DNA from: Octopus sinensis
Lineage: Eukaryota
Direction: 5' to 3'
Length of the DNA: 64,000 nt
Assembly: GCF_006345805.1 (NCBI RefSeq)
Contig: NC_043019.1
Span: 5,827,360 to 5,891,359 of the forward strand
The notes beneath the pieces are model-generated. The model was not told the origin of the DNA and did not search any database. It saw nothing but the letters and a program-made list of their open reading frames with translations. Both the position numbers and the translations under genes were made by a program. Below, in pieces: positions 11,782-24,897 of the stretch. Position 1 is the first letter of the stretch. Each line of letters opens with the position of its first letter.

Positions 11782-12686
11782 TACCAGACATATCCCCAAT
11801 AAAGCAATGCTTCTTTTAGATATGGCACAGAACCAGTCAGCAAAGTTAGATGACTTTTCTGATAAAATGTGAATAAAATATATCCTCAAGAATACAACTT
11901 CTTTGCTCCTGCCAATGGATCAAGGCATATTATATGAGAACTTTCAAACAACTCATGTAAGTAATTGACAGGGAGGAAAAACCTAGAGTTAGAGATTTCT
12001 GGAAGAAATTCAACCTAATGAATGCTGTAGACAATATAGCTGGGTTATGATATGATGTGAAACCTTCAACTTTGAATGGTGCTTTGAAAAATATATGTCC
12101 AGACTGTATCTGTGACATTAGAAGTTTTCCTGAAGGAGAAAGCCTCCATCAAATTCAGAAAGATACTGTGACACTTGAAAAAGATGTAGGATTTGAAGAA
12201 ATTATAGAGGAGGATATGATTGAGTTGCAAGTGTCCCAGAGAGAAAATTTATCTAATGAGGGGCTGATGCTGTTAGAAAAGGAACAAGCTGAGAATACAG
12301 ATGAGACAATGGGAGTTCCATCTACACCACTTAAGTTGACTCCAAGAATTATTCCTAAAGTGTTGGCACTTATCAAGGAAGATCTGCAGGTTTTTGTAGA
12401 TAATGATCCTAATCATGAACATTAAATAAAAATTACCTGAACTGTTTACAATGGATTCAGATCCTATGCTAAGCTGTACAAAGAGATGATGTGTCATAAA
12501 CAACAAACAACTCTAGACGAGTTCTTCACTCCTCAAGCTGATATTCTTGATGATGAACTCTAAGATAACAAATATTGTCACCCAGCCTCGAATTAATGCT
12601 CAATCCACCCCCAAACCTTCACACAGTAGTAAACATGTTTTGCAGTAAAAACGTACTCTTATGATATTATGCTTCTTATTTATTCC

Positions 12687-13084
12687 TTTACTCTTTTACT
12701 TGTTTCAGTCATTTGACTGCGGCCATGCTGGAGCACCACCTTTAATCGAGCAATTCGACCCGGGACTTATTCCTTGTAAGCCCAGCACCTATTCCATCGG
12801 TCTCCCCCGCCGAACCACCAAGTGACGGGGACATAAACACACCAGCATCGGCTGTCAAGCAATACCAGTGGGACAAACACAGACACAAAAACACACACAC
12901 ACATATATATATACATATATACGACGGGCTTCTTTCAGTTTCCGTCTACCAAATCCACTCACAAGGCTTCAGTCGGCCCGAGGCTATAGTAGAAGACACT
13001 TGCCCAAGATACCACACAGTGGGACTGAACCCGGAACCATGTGGTTGGTAAGCAAGCTACTTTCCACGCAGCCACTCCCGCACC
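12687..13084 (-). mobile_element. SINE family 1
   Basis: Family consensus match. Confidence 0.9.
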
Positions 13085-13550
13085 TTTATGTATTCCTCAT
13101 GAAGTGTTTGTGTGGTTATCTGCCATCTATTTCGGACTGTGAATATTTAAAATTGTTATTTTCATGTATAAAGGTGACCTTGTTGCTTATTCTCTGCTGT
13201 TTTCTTGTGCTTTTCTTTCCCCTCCCCAATGAAAAAGTCCGTAGTAATACAATCTCACTTGATAATATGAAAATCAATTGGAAATTAATTTCACGTAATG
13301 GAATTTTGTGAAGCATTTCTGTAGATATACCTATATGTATACATTTATATACATATGCTGTTACATATACACATAAATGTATGTATGCCCATATATGTAT
13401 ATATACATACATACATACATACAAATACGTACATGTATATACAAATACATACATACATATATGCACAAATACATACATATATGTACAACTACATAAATAT
13501 ATATACAAATACATACAAACATACATACATATATATCTATACACACACAA

Positions 13551-13591
<41 letters not shown>

Positions 13592-13617
13592 CACATACAA
13601 ATAAATATACATATATC

Positions 13618-14305
13618 TTCTTTTACCTTCTACATGTTTCAGTCATTTAACTGCAGCCATGCTGGAGCACTGCCTTTAGTCAAACAAATCACCCCCAGTA
13701 CTTATTCTTTGTAAGACTAGTACTTGTTCTATTGGTCTCTTTTGTCGAACTGCTAGGTTACAGAGTCACAAACACACCAACATCGGTTGTCAAGCGATGG
13801 TGTGGAGACAAATACAGACACAAGTATGTATGTATGTATATATATATATATTTATATATATATAATATATATATATATATATACATATATATATTGGGTT
13901 GGTGCATAATTATTGCGACTTCTTTTCAACAAATTTTATTCATCAAAAACAATATGTAACAAAAACATCTTTAAATGATTATTCTGGAGCATATTCACCA
14001 TCCACTTCAATTACTGCTTCCCACTTGCTTGGCAGACGGTCAGACTGTCATTTAAAGATGTTTTTGTTAAATATTGTTATTGTTTTTGCTGAATAAAATT
14101 TATTGAAAAATTCCGCAATAATTATGCACCAACTCAAAATATATATGACAGGCTTCTTTCAGTTTCCGTCTACCAAATCCATACACAAGGCTTTGGTTGG
14201 CCTGAAGCTATAGTAGAAGACACTTGCCCAAGGTGCCAGGCAGTGGGATTGAACCCAGAACCATGTGGTTGGGAAGCAAGCTTCTTGCCACACAGCCACT
14301 CCTGT
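13618..14305 (-). mobile_element. SINE family 1 split by a mariner MITE in its internal (TA)n
   Basis: 3' half at 13618-13890, 5' half at 14140-14305. Confidence 0.8.
13894..14139 (-). mobile_element. Mariner-type non-autonomous element with ~85-90-bp inverted arms
   Basis: Termini TTGGGTTGGTGCATAATTATTGCG / CGCAATAATTATGCACCAACTCAA (Hsmar1/MADE1-like), TA flanks; the core encodes a mariner C-terminus QSDRLPSKWEAVIEVDGEYAPE* on the minus strand. Confidence 0.85.
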
Positions 14306-14499
14306 ACACACACACACACACACACATACACACACACATACACACACACACATATGTATTATATAGAGAAGTAATGTTTATCACCACACCAGTATGGCTG
14401 TTCTGTCGGAGCCGACATTTCTTGTGAAGGTGTATGCTCATCTGGGACCTTAAACAACAGGAGGTCAAGTTTGTTTCTTGAAAGCATTACCCCCCCCCC

Positions 14500-15340
14500 A
14501 CACACACACACCCTTCATGCAGATCTCTCAGATATTTTGACAAAGTATTAAATAACCATAAGCTTTTGAATCCCAAACTATTGCTGTACATGGTCATTAA
14601 ACAAGATGGAACAGCTGGGACCTTTGGAACTGTGCAGTTACATCCAGTTCGGGGGCTGGTATATCTCTTGAAGCCAAAATTTGGTGCCGTCCCTTCCAGA
14701 ATCTTCCTTAACTATATCACTGCATATCTCTCCTGTCTTTGCTCCAGAAAGTAGAGTTGTAGCTCTTTCAGTCTACCCCAGCAGCTCAGCTGTTCCATTG
14801 ATGCAATCTTCCTGGTGTAGTTCTGCTGAACTGCCTCAAGTTCTGAATTAATTTGACACCGTTGGTCAACTACGACTGAGAACAGTAGTCCAAATGGGCT
14901 GAGGACAAATGTTCTCCATGGGACCAGCAGAGTTTCCTGATCACCTTAATCTGAAAGTTCTCAGAATCCATTGGGCCATTGATTTGCATGTTGCTGCCAT
15001 CTTGATGACATGGATGAGAAATGTGATGTTGCTCATATCAATCTCCATATCACATGTTGTACTTGATTCCAGGATTACCATTCCTTTTAGTTCAAAGTAT
15101 CTTTGTTGGTGCATGTTAGCACAAGCTGTTAGAAGAGGGCTAGCAATTTTCCTGCATTAAATTGCATGTTGTTTTCCATGTCCCATTTACGTATGGCATC
15201 GAAGTCTTTCTGTAGAAGATTAGCATTGAGAGGTTCTTTGACTGCTTCTGCTACTTTTGTGTTGTTGGCATTGCCAGTAAGTGTGGATGTCCATGTAAAA
15301 AGCCACAATAAATAGCAGAGTCCCCAACACAGTTCCTTGT
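14500..15340 (-). pseudogene. CR1/L2-type LINE ORF2 C-terminal remnant
   Basis: NNTKVAEAVKEPLNANLLQKDFDAIRKWDMENNMQFNAGK; QERYAVI*LRKILEGTAPNFG..PRTGCNCTVPKVP..YSNSLGFKSLWLFNTL. Confidence 0.8.
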
Positions 15341-15556
15341 AATACTCCACACTCCACACACATATATGTACATACACATACCTATATGTACACACACACA
15401 CACACACATATACACATACATATAGTTAAATAACATTTGGGTAACAATCTTGCAGTGTGCTATGCAAAGCATGGCCACATTCATTGGCAACCAGTGGAAA
15501 TGCCCTTGCTACAGGATAAAGATCAGGAATTCCATAGTATTTGTAGATTTAAATAA

Positions 15557-15915
15557 GGGTTCAGTCCCACTGCGTGGCACGTTGGGCAAGTGTCTTCTAC
15601 TATAGCCCCAGGCCGACCAATGCCTTGTGAGTGGATTTGGTAGACGGAAACTGAAAGAAGCCTGTCGTATATATGTATATATATATATGTATGTGTGTTT
15701 GTTTGTGCGTCTGTGTTTGTCCCCCTAGCATTGCTTGACAACCGATGCTGGTGTGTTTACGTCCCCGTCACTTAGCGGTTCGGCAAAAGAGACCGATAGA
15801 ATAAGTACTGGGCTTACAAAGAATAAGACTTGGGGTCGATTTGCTCAATTAAAAGGCGGTACTCCAGTATGGCCGCAGTCAAATGACTGAAACAAGTAAA
15901 AGAGTAAAAGAGTAA
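15557..15915 (+). mobile_element. SINE family 1, 5'-truncated
   Basis: Family consensus match. Confidence 0.9.
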
Positions 15916-16081
15916 AGAGAGAGAGATAAGTAATAGAAAATGGATTAAATGACTTTCTTTAAAATCACTACAATTGTTTCGACACATTTTTACTCTTGTC
16001 AAAATTGGTGAAATGATATGATTAACATACTACATAATTATTTACATTTGACGGATATTTGTCTTCATCTTGTTTGTTGTT

Positions 16082-16127
16082 AACACAACGTTTCGGCTGA
16101 TATACCCTCCAACCTTCGTCAGGTACT
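16082..16127 (-). ncRNA. Minimal type I hammerhead ribozyme (Penelope pLTR type)
   Basis: Minus strand AGUAC-CUGACGA-A-GGUUG(GAGGGUAUAU)CAGCC-GAAACGUU|GUGUU: intact core, 5-bp stem II, palindromic stem III ACGU, GUU site, stem I 5 bp with wobbles. Confidence 0.75.
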
Positions 16128-16559
16128 GGTAAGTCGGACCTTTTTTGTATGTATACAAATATACATTTTTTTGTATTTCATATATTTAATATACTTTATG
16201 TATTGATCTGTCTAACTCACTTATCTCTACATTCACTCCTCTGCCCACTCAAGTTTAAATCTCTTGAGCACTTCTGAGTGGAGAATATCTGATTCTCATC
16301 TATCAACTATATGTATATATATATATGTATACACATATAGGTACAAACATATATATACACATATATACAAACATATGCATACATACATATATACATACAT
16401 GTATACATATATATATATATATATGTGCGTGTGTGTGTGTGTGTGTTTTATTGAGTATTTTACCTTAACTTTTGGTTCTCTTATTTTTTCAATGTATTCT
16501 TTAAGCATTTTTCCAGTTTCACGATCAAGGGTATGATTGATGTAAAACGCCAACCATTC

Positions 16560-18330
16560 CAAGAAACTTCATCCTTAAATATCTGATGCAGAAGACAAGT
16601 GATTTTATCAAATGTATCCAATCTACGTTGGATACTAAATTCAAAGAAATTTGGAATTCAAATAAATAATTCATATAACTGAACAAAAGAAAGACAGTTG
16701 TCTTGCCTCCTGCGTAAGCATTTACCAAAAGATTGACTCAAAAATACAATAATGATAACGGCACAGAACTACTTCTGTAAACACCTCCTCATTTTACATT
16801 TAAGGATCTGCATACCAAACTGAGTCAAAACCTTCAGTAAGGCTTATGGACCCTACTAAATTTGACAATGGAATTACTAGAAAGAAAATTTCTAGACAGG
16901 TGTATACTCCACCTATATCTTTATGGAAAAAAGGTGGCGAGCTGGCAGAAATGTTAGCACGCCGGGCAAAATGCGTAGCCGTATTTCGTCTGTCGTTACG
17001 TTGTGAGTTCAAATTCTGCCGAGGTCAACTTTGCCTTTCATCCTTTTGAGGTCGATAAATAAAGTACCAGTTACGCACTGGGGTCGATGTAATCGACTTA
17101 ATCCCTTTGTCTGTCCTTGTTTGTCCCCTCTATGTTTAGCCCCTTGTGGGCAATAAAGAAATATATATCTTTATGGAAAAATAGCCTCGAAGTAATAGAA
17201 TGGTTTCAGTCTATATCAAGGAAGAAAACTAATAGATTCCTGTAATTTAATATTGAAACTTATTATGCTGCTATAATTGAATCATTTACCATAAAAACAA
17301 TCAACTTTGCAAGAACAATAATAAACCATCAGTGCCTGGGATGTAGACGTTGTCCTCCAAGCAAGGAAGGCACTAGTTTATTATAACAATTCAATTTGGA
17401 TTAATAAAAGCTCCAACATCTACTTCAGCATTACCATGGAAGACAACGACTTTGAAAAGTTTAATGACTTCGTCAGTTGTTACTCGCTGCATAACCTCAG
17501 AGTTTACTTCACAAGAAATGAAGGATGATTATAGAGATGACTGTCAGTTGATAATACAAAATTGCATTCCACAAACCACTAATAACAAAGTGTGTAACAA
17601 AATTCTTCTTCTTTTTTTTTTTGTCTTTGGTCAGAAAGTGTCATTTCTTATATGCTTCAATCTAAAAATCAAAAGAAATGACTACCATTCCCTTCAAACT
17701 TTGCATTCTTCACCTGGACATCAATGTTTTGAAGCTGACCTATTTTCCATTACATTTCAGACAGATTCACTGCAGAGTTACCAAAGCTGAAATATTGTTA
17801 TAGCAAATATTCTGCTCAACACCACAGATTTGCTTGTCACTTGCTTGACCTTAACCACTTGAGCATGTCCCTTAGTAGTTGACAATATGTGCATCTCTGA
17901 TCATGAGCAGGAGTAAGTGGAGAAGCATCATAGCCATGTATCAAGAGGGATTCTTTGGGGTTTGAATAAAAGTAACAAAGGCAAAGTTTGAAGGAAATAT
18001 TAACCATTTTTCATAGTTTCTAGGGGTAAACAAATAGGAAATAGCAGTTGCTACCCAAGGACAAAAAATTTGTTACAGTAATATAAGGAAAAGCTTGCAT
18101 TTTTTTTTTAAGAATCTAAGATTACACAAGACTGTAAAATTCATCCTTACATACACAAATTTCCTCGATGTCTCCCTAGACCCAGACACTCCCTTATATT
18201 ACTCATTACACAAACCAAACATGTCCTTGCAATCAAACAATAGTCTTTTTCTTTTCCACCATCGAAACTATTCTAAACTATTCTAGCAATTCTTTAATAC
18301 CATTCTGCTTAACCTCCTAAAAATACTTCT
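16560..18330 (+). pseudogene. Penelope-like reverse transcriptase remnant (RT and thumb)
   Basis: FKDLHTKLSQKPSVRLMDPTK; WKNSLEVIEWFQSI..FNIETYYAAI; LQARKALVYYNNSIWI; YRDD motif at about 17530; TNFLDVSLDPDTPLYYSLHKPN. Confidence 0.8.
16932..17163 (+). mobile_element. SINE family 2 with 18-bp TSD, inserted in the Penelope RT
   Basis: TSD tatatctttatggaaaaa at 16914-16931 and 17164-17181; head ggtggcgagctggcagaa..gagttcaaattc. Confidence 0.9.
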
Positions 18331-18734
18331 TTTGAAGGTACCCTGATTTCCGGAGTTTTTTTTTTTCCTTTTTAAGTTTTCCAATTTGCCATTGAAGCAT
18401 GAAATAAGTTGATTTTTATTATGCGCATTAGAGATGCATCTGAGATTCTGGAACATGGTGCAATGAGTAATTCTCTTTATGTAACTGTACAGTTGTATGT
18501 GTGCATATATATGTGAGTATATATATATACATAAGGTGCATGTGAAGTCTATACAATGTATATGAAAGTAATTATGAAACAGCCATAACGATACAAAATT
18601 AAATCTTATTTGCTTTTCACTTCTCCTGAATTTTAAATGGTTATTATTATACACTCTTCACTAGTTTCTCCTGGATTTTCAGGTACATAGTCATGTTAAA
18701 TTGCATCTTAAGTTTAATTACTGTGTTACCTGAT

Positions 18735-18870
18735 ACCCGGGTTCAGAGATGGTGGCGTGCATGGAAAGGTAAGCATGCAACACTATGTCCGGACACAATA
18801 AAAAGTTGTCATGCAAAGCTAATGACCATGGGCTCTGTGAATGATGCAAGAAGTGGCCATCCAACCACAT
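18735..18870 (+). pseudogene. Tc1/mariner transposase N-terminal HTH fragment
   Basis: VQRWWRAWKGKHATLCPDTIKSCHAKLMTMGSVNDARSGHPTT resembles the 'TGSV.D..RSGRP' motif. Confidence 0.5.
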
Positions 18871-19133
18871 CTTTTATCTTTTACTTGCTGCAGTCATTAG
18901 ACTGCAACCATGTTGGGGAGCACTGCCTTGATGGATTCTAGTCAAGCAAATCAACCTTAGTACCAATAGTTTTTCATTTTGAAAGCTGGTGCTTATTCTA
19001 TTGGTCTCCTTTGCCTGATATAAAGACACACACACAGACACACACACACATACATGCACACACAGACACACACACACACACACACATACATGCACACACA
19101 CACACACACACAGACACACACACACACATACAT

Positions 19134-19166
<33 letters not shown>

Positions 19167-19337
19167 AACACACACACACACAACAGGCTTCTTTCAAGTT
19201 CCATTCACCAAATCAACTAACAAAGCTTTGGTCAGCCCGAGGCTATATAGTAGAAGACACTTGCCCAAGGTGCCCAGCAGTGGGACTGAACCTGGAACCA
19301 TGTGGTTGGGAAGCAGACTTCTTACCACAGCCACACC
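18871..19337 (-). mobile_element. Diverged SINE family 1 variant with long (CA)n
   Basis: Same head and tail architecture. Confidence 0.75.
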
Positions 19338-19929
19338 TAAGCCACCTACATATAAATTCAATTGGAGTGAAACTAAAATTGAACATCCTTTGCATTTTAG
19401 TTCAAAGTGAAATATACTAATACAAAGAGTACTTATAAGTGAGGGGAAAAGACTAATCAGTGATCTAGAATTTGCAGACATACTTATTGTGTGGTGTATA
19501 TATATATATATATATATATATCCTTGACAATCTCACATCAACAGTCATCTAGACTGCTAGTGTAAATCAGACTTTGATTAGATCTTGAAATCTCTTCTTT
19601 GTAAGACCAAGAATAGTGATATCTTATTCAAGGCACTGAAACCATTATCATGGAATCTATTCATAATTTGCTGAGTAATCTAGAAGTTTGACAGTTTATT
19701 TAAATATATTTTATTGATTAACCTAACATTAAACAGTGAACAGAATATGCCAATAGATGAATGCCCCTCCTCTTCATTATCATCATCACCATCATCATCA
19801 CCTCCATCACTTATCCTCCTTTCTCAATAGGTTCAATATCATAAATCACCATCTCTGCCATTTTGCTCTATCCCTGGCTACATTCACTCTATTTAAGTCT
19901 GTCCATTTCTTTATATTAACCATTCACAT

Positions 19930-20530
19930 AATTCTCAGCTTTCCCCCTTCTCTCTTTTCCCTTTTATTAAATCTTCTTTTAACAGTCTCTCTGTAAAATC
20001 ATTTTCTTTCCAATTAAGTGACCAAAATATTTTAGTTTTCTCTCTTTGATGGTGTCCAAGAAAATATTCTTAGTTTTTACCATTTTCAATTATCATTGAT
20101 TAAAAATATCCATGGCATTCTCTGCCCAAGACGATATTCTCAAAAGCCTTCTATATTTCTAACTTCTCAGACGCTGTCATCTATTTCATGATACTTTTGT
20201 TAATGACCATCTTTCAACTTTCTCTAGGGTAGAATGGACTATACATAACATTTTAATCATCTTTTTTTGGCTTCGATATTAATGACTTTCTTGCTATCTC
20301 AATCCTTTTGATTTCCTTTTCATATTTCCCATTTTCTCATTTCATATATTATCTTTTCTATATTATCTTTGGTCTCTCTTTCATTTATTTGTCCCCCAAT
20401 TGTACTATTTATTTTCACAGACTTGCTTCTTGTAGATTACCATTCATTTTCTTTCCTTTACATTCATTTCCATTCCACAGGATCTTACTCTGTCATTTAC
20501 TCCCATTACAAACTTCTATAGGTTGTCTCT
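19930..20530 (-). pseudogene. Heavily decayed RTE-type LINE C-terminal remnant
   Basis: Degenerate similarity (IVQLG..; KLEI*KAFE) to the RTE ORF2 post-RT region, many stops. Confidence 0.4.
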
Positions 20531-20569
20531 AGATATTGTATATACATCTTAAATTGTTGATGTTCATAA

Positions 20570-20899
20570 AAGTAAAGGGTAAAGGCCCTCTTTTGTCATG
20601 AAGGACCATAGAATTGCACCCAGAAAGTTCTTCTCTGAGGCACAAATCCAGGCAAGGTTGTTTGTGAAAGACCAGTGGTCGCCTATGCCGACCAGTTTCT
20701 CCTCTCCAATGATGTTGTCCAAGAGAAAGACAAAGGCTGATACAGCTTGACACCAGAGACATCACAATCTATTTATACAGCTGAGTGAACAGGAGCAACA
20801 TGAAATGAAGTGTCTTGCTCAAGAACACAACATACAGCCTAGTTCAGGAGTCAAATTCACAACCTCGTGATTGTAAGCCCGATGCTCTAACCACTGAGC
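20570..20899 (-). mobile_element. SINE family 4
   Basis: Homologous to 48007-48280 (+) and 48858-49188 (-). Confidence 0.75.
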
Positions 20900-21734
20900 T
20901 TTGTGTGTTCATAACCTATTAATACCAGTGGTGTGTCTTTTGAATACACTGTGACTGTGTTGAATTCAAATGGAAAGGCACAACTGAATTAAGACCCTGC
21001 ATAAGTGGTAGGTTAGCAATAGGTGCCTATGGTTATCTTGGTAAAGAGAAACCAAATGTGGAGAGTACACAATGGCAGTGATATATAATGTCTTTTATCT
21101 TTTACTAGATTTAATCATTAGACTGTGGCCATGCTGGGGCACTGCCTTGAAGAATTTTTAGTCAAATGAATCAACCCCAGTACTTAATTTTTTTAAAGCC
21201 TGGTACTTAATCTATTAGTGTTTTTTTTGCCTAACTGTTAAGTTATGGGGGATGCAAACACACCAGCACCAGTTGTCAAGCAGTGATGGGAGACAAGCAG
21301 ACACAAAGACACTCATACATGTATATATATGTTTAGATATATATTGTGATATGGCACAATCAACACTATCACAATGGGGAGACTTAGAGATATCCTTATC
21401 CCTTTTGCTAATCAGGTATTTAGTAGATACCTCCTGTTCTTGGATATCATGATTGTAGCCTTCTTGATGAGATGTGATGTACTTAATTGCAGATCCAGGA
21501 GAGGCAGTCGTGGGTCTCTTCTGTTGTTGTCACAGATTTTGAAATTTTAAAATTAAGTGAAAATTCCCAAATTTTGTATATTGATGTAATTTTTTGCACT
21601 GAATCCAATTTTGCTATTCATTTGTTCCAGAAAAATTTTACAAAAACATTTCTGTTTAAAGTTTGATCCTTTTTACTCAGAAACAAAACAGGATTCGGAA
21701 GCAGATATTTTCTAGCTTGTGAGATGTATATATA

Positions 21735-21900
21735 CCTATTTCTTTACTACCCACAAGGGGCTAAACATAGAGAGGACAAACAAGGACAGACAAATGGATT
21801 AAGTCGATTATATCGACCCCAGTGCGCAACTGGTACTTAATTTATCGACCCCCAAAAGGATAAAAGGCAAAGTCGACCTCGGCGGAATTTGAACTTGAAT
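21735..21900 (-). mobile_element. SINE family 2, 5'-truncated
   Basis: Reverse complement of the 16932 copy. Confidence 0.8.
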
Positions 21901-21909
21901 TTTACGTGC

Positions 21910-22080
21910 GGGTGGCACGTAAAAAGCACCCACTACACTCATGGAGTGGTTGGCATTAGGAAGGGCATCCAGCCGTAGAAACACTGCCAGATCAGACTGG
22001 GCCTGATGCAGCCTTCTGGCTTCCCAGACCCCAGTTGAACCGTCCAACCTGTTAAGTGATGATGATGATGATGATGATGA
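21910..22080 (+). mobile_element. SINE family 3, partial
   Basis: Family consensus match with (GAT)n tail. Confidence 0.8.
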
Positions 22081-22344
22081 ATGTAAGCTGATTTGACAAG
22101 TATTCACTTCCAAGTTTCTCTCGAAGTAGGTTAGTACAGCAAGCCTTACTCCACATGGAGCAAATGTAAACTAGAGAATCAATGATGGCATTCATTGTTC
22201 TTTTGAACAGATAAATGAGGGCTGGGCCTGTACAATATGAGCATTTTATACCAATGATGATTAATAATCAGATTCCTCCCAAGTGATTTCCCTTTTTAAC
22301 AGTGAAACTCTCCATTTAAAGAGTTTCAGTTGATAAAAGTTTGG

Positions 22345-22792
22345 GATCTTCTTAGTTTGAATGGTAGTTTTTTCTAGCGGTGTCATATGAAATTGTTACC
22401 CATAATTATGACCCTAGAATCGATCTATTGCATTTCAATCTCTTTTAGGGTTAGGGTTAGTTAGGGTTAGTTAGGGTTAGGGTTAGGGTTTGGGGTGGGG
22501 GAAGGGTATCTTTTTTTCTTCACAAATGTAAATAAACCCAATCTGTTTCTTAAACGAGGGACATATTCATACAGCACAGAATGCTTTTTAACTCAATAGA
22601 TGTCATTGATTGGTTGAAATTGCAGAAATTGAAGAAAAAAAAACAACAAACATCTTACAAACCATAGAATTCTCTCAATAAAGCCAAGAGAAAAAGATGT
22701 TTTATAAACACATTCTACCAGTATACGAAGTTTAAAATTTTTTAGTTACGTGGAAAATATTAAAAAAAACTGCCGTTCAAACCGAAAAGATC
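22345..22792. mobile_element. Non-autonomous TIR element with internal (TTAGGG)n
   Basis: Imperfect ~29-bp TIRs gatcttcttagtttgaatggtagtttttt / aaaaaactgccgttcaaaccgaaaagatc; telomere-like tract at about 22445-22490. Confidence 0.65.
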
Positions 22793-23104
22793 TGAAGTTT
22801 GAAGAGAGACATTTGCACGGTATTTACTCTGTAACTCATTTAACCACTTTGCATCAGGATTGTGCTGTTTACATTCCAAATCCCTTTCTAGAAGGACTCC
22901 AGATTATCTAGAGGAAGGAGCTATCACCACCCTGGGGATATGACCTGCCATACTGTGGTACACTGATTTATTTAATAATACTTGAAATTCATGGCTTTTT
23001 GTTCTCAAAGGTTTACTTTCTTTTTTCTCATCACCATCATCATCATCAACATTTAATGTCCATTTTCCATGTTGGCATGGGTTGAATGGTTTGAACAAAA
23101 TTAT

Positions 23105-23325
23105 TCAAGGTGGTGAACTGGCAGAATCATTAGCACACCAGGCAAAATGCCTTGTGGTATTTTGTTCATCTTTACATTCTGAGTTCAAATTCTGCAGAGG
23201 TAGATTTGACTTTTATACCTTCAAGATCAATAAAATAAGTACCAGTTGATCACTGGTGTCAATGTAATTGATTTACTTCCTTCCCCAAAATTGCTGGCCT
23301 TGTGCCAAAATTTGAAACCATTATT
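23105..23325 (+). mobile_element. SINE family 2 variant (tail gctggccttgtgccaaaatttgaaac)
   Basis: Same head and core as 16932; same tail at 29060, 30160 and 30730. Confidence 0.7.
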
Positions 23326-24021
23326 AAAAACCTATTCACCTCCCACTTGTAATTCCTGTCTAGGGGCCACTTACTTGTCCGTGAATGTTTCTTGTTGACA
23401 GTTCCGATAAACTTTAGATAATCTATCAAAGTTACTGCCGATGCTTTGTGAATTTATTAGTCACTTTGCACTCATCTCATTATTGGTATGTGTCTGAAGA
23501 GCTAATCCATTTTGATTGTTTCTTTTCACTGCAATCTGTCTGTGCGTCTCCCATCTGTTGGTGAATGGAAATAGCAACACAATATAACAGAACAATTAGT
23601 GACCAAAAGTAGAGATATTCGGTTTCTACTAATTATTCTTTAGTTGTTTGGTCCACCAACATTTGGTTGGTCAGTTTATTTTTTTATCAATTCATGCAGT
23701 AACAGTAATTACTCTTTCATGTAATTGCTCGTTACAGTGATAGTAAATTTTTGCATAATTTAGCTGATAAGAGTTCTTTCAGTGGTTTGTACTTTTCTCT
23801 AATGATTATTATTATTGTTGTTGTTGTTGTTGTTATTTGTTCATAAGTTACTGCCTCAATTTTGTAATGGCAGCAAGTGTGCACCCACCTCACGTGACCT
23901 TTGTTTCCTCTTAACTTTCTGAAGAATGGATATTTTTAAATGAAATTTTCAACAGGCCTAGCTGTGTGGTAAAAAGGTTTCTTCCCAAACACATGGCCTG
24001 GGGTTCATTCCCACTGTGTAA

Positions 24022-24270
24022 CACACCAGCATCGGTTGTCAAGCGATGTTGGAGGGACAAACACAGACACACAAACACACACACACATATATATACATAT
24101 ATGTATATATGACAGGCTTCTTTCAGTTTCCGTCTACCAAATCCACTCACAAGGCTTTGGTCGGCCCAAGCCTATAGTAGAAGACATTTGCCCAAGGCGC
24201 CACACAGTGGGACTGAACCCAGAGCAATGTGGTTGGTAAGCAAGCTACTTACCACACAGCCACTCCTGCA
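24022..24270 (-). mobile_element. SINE family 1, partial
   Basis: Family consensus match. Confidence 0.85.
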
Positions 24271-24507
24271 CTTTAATTAATTTGATACAACTTGTCCAAT
24301 CATTTGTTAAATTGCTTATTCTTTATTGTTATATATATCATATAAACACTAATTCTTTATTCGTTATTTTACAGCTATGAATATTGAGTGGTGAAAAATT
24401 TGCAGTTAGGACCATTTAATGCCACCCGAGGACTGAGTAGCCATTCCATGTTTAAAAACTAGTTTTATAGTTACTTCTTTCAAAATTCCTTCCTATAGGT
24501 TGGACTA

Positions 24508-24725
24508 TACTCTTTTACTCTTTTACTTGTTTCAGTCATTTGACTGCGGCCATGCTGGAGCACCGCCTTTAATCGAGCAACTCGACCCCGGGACTGATTC
24601 TTTTGTAAGCCCAGTACTTATTCTATCGGTCTCTTTTGCCGAACTGCTAAGTGACGGGGACATAAACACACCAGCATCGGTTGTCAAGCGATGTTGGATG
24701 GGACAAACACAGACATACAAACATA

Positions 24726-24757
<32 letters not shown>

Positions 24758-24897
24758 CGACGGGCTTCTTTCAGTTTCTGTCTACCAAATCCACTCACAA
24801 GGCTTTGGTCGGCCCGAAGCTATAGTAGAAGACACTTGCCCAAGGTGCCACGCAGCGGGACTGAACCCGGAACCATGTGGTTGGTAATCCTGCGCCC
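24508..24897 (-). mobile_element. SINE family 1
   Basis: Family consensus match. Confidence 0.9.

Larger units (their letters stand above)
10140..12560 (+). pseudogene. Decayed Tigger-like (pogo) transposase, interrupted by two SINEs
   Basis: KRNRKEITMDIK (CENP-B N-terminal HTH); FLASKGCFERFKK..EGYTPEQVYIIDEIALFWKHMPARIFI; LLLLDMA..NTTSLLLPMDQGI (DDE); acidic C-terminus DNDPNHE. Confidence 0.85.

Noticed and set aside
21420-21530. Minus-strand 30-codon open segment with a gag|gtatct donor (candidate exon)
   Set aside because: The acceptor lacks a polypyrimidine tract and there is no supporting homology.
22445-22490. True telomere or chromosome-fusion scar
   Set aside because: The tract is short and degenerate and lies inside a TIR-bounded repeat, with no head-to-head CCCTAA junction.
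23490-23525. CTGAAGAG motif in unique sequence
   Set aside because: No downstream GAAA or stems.
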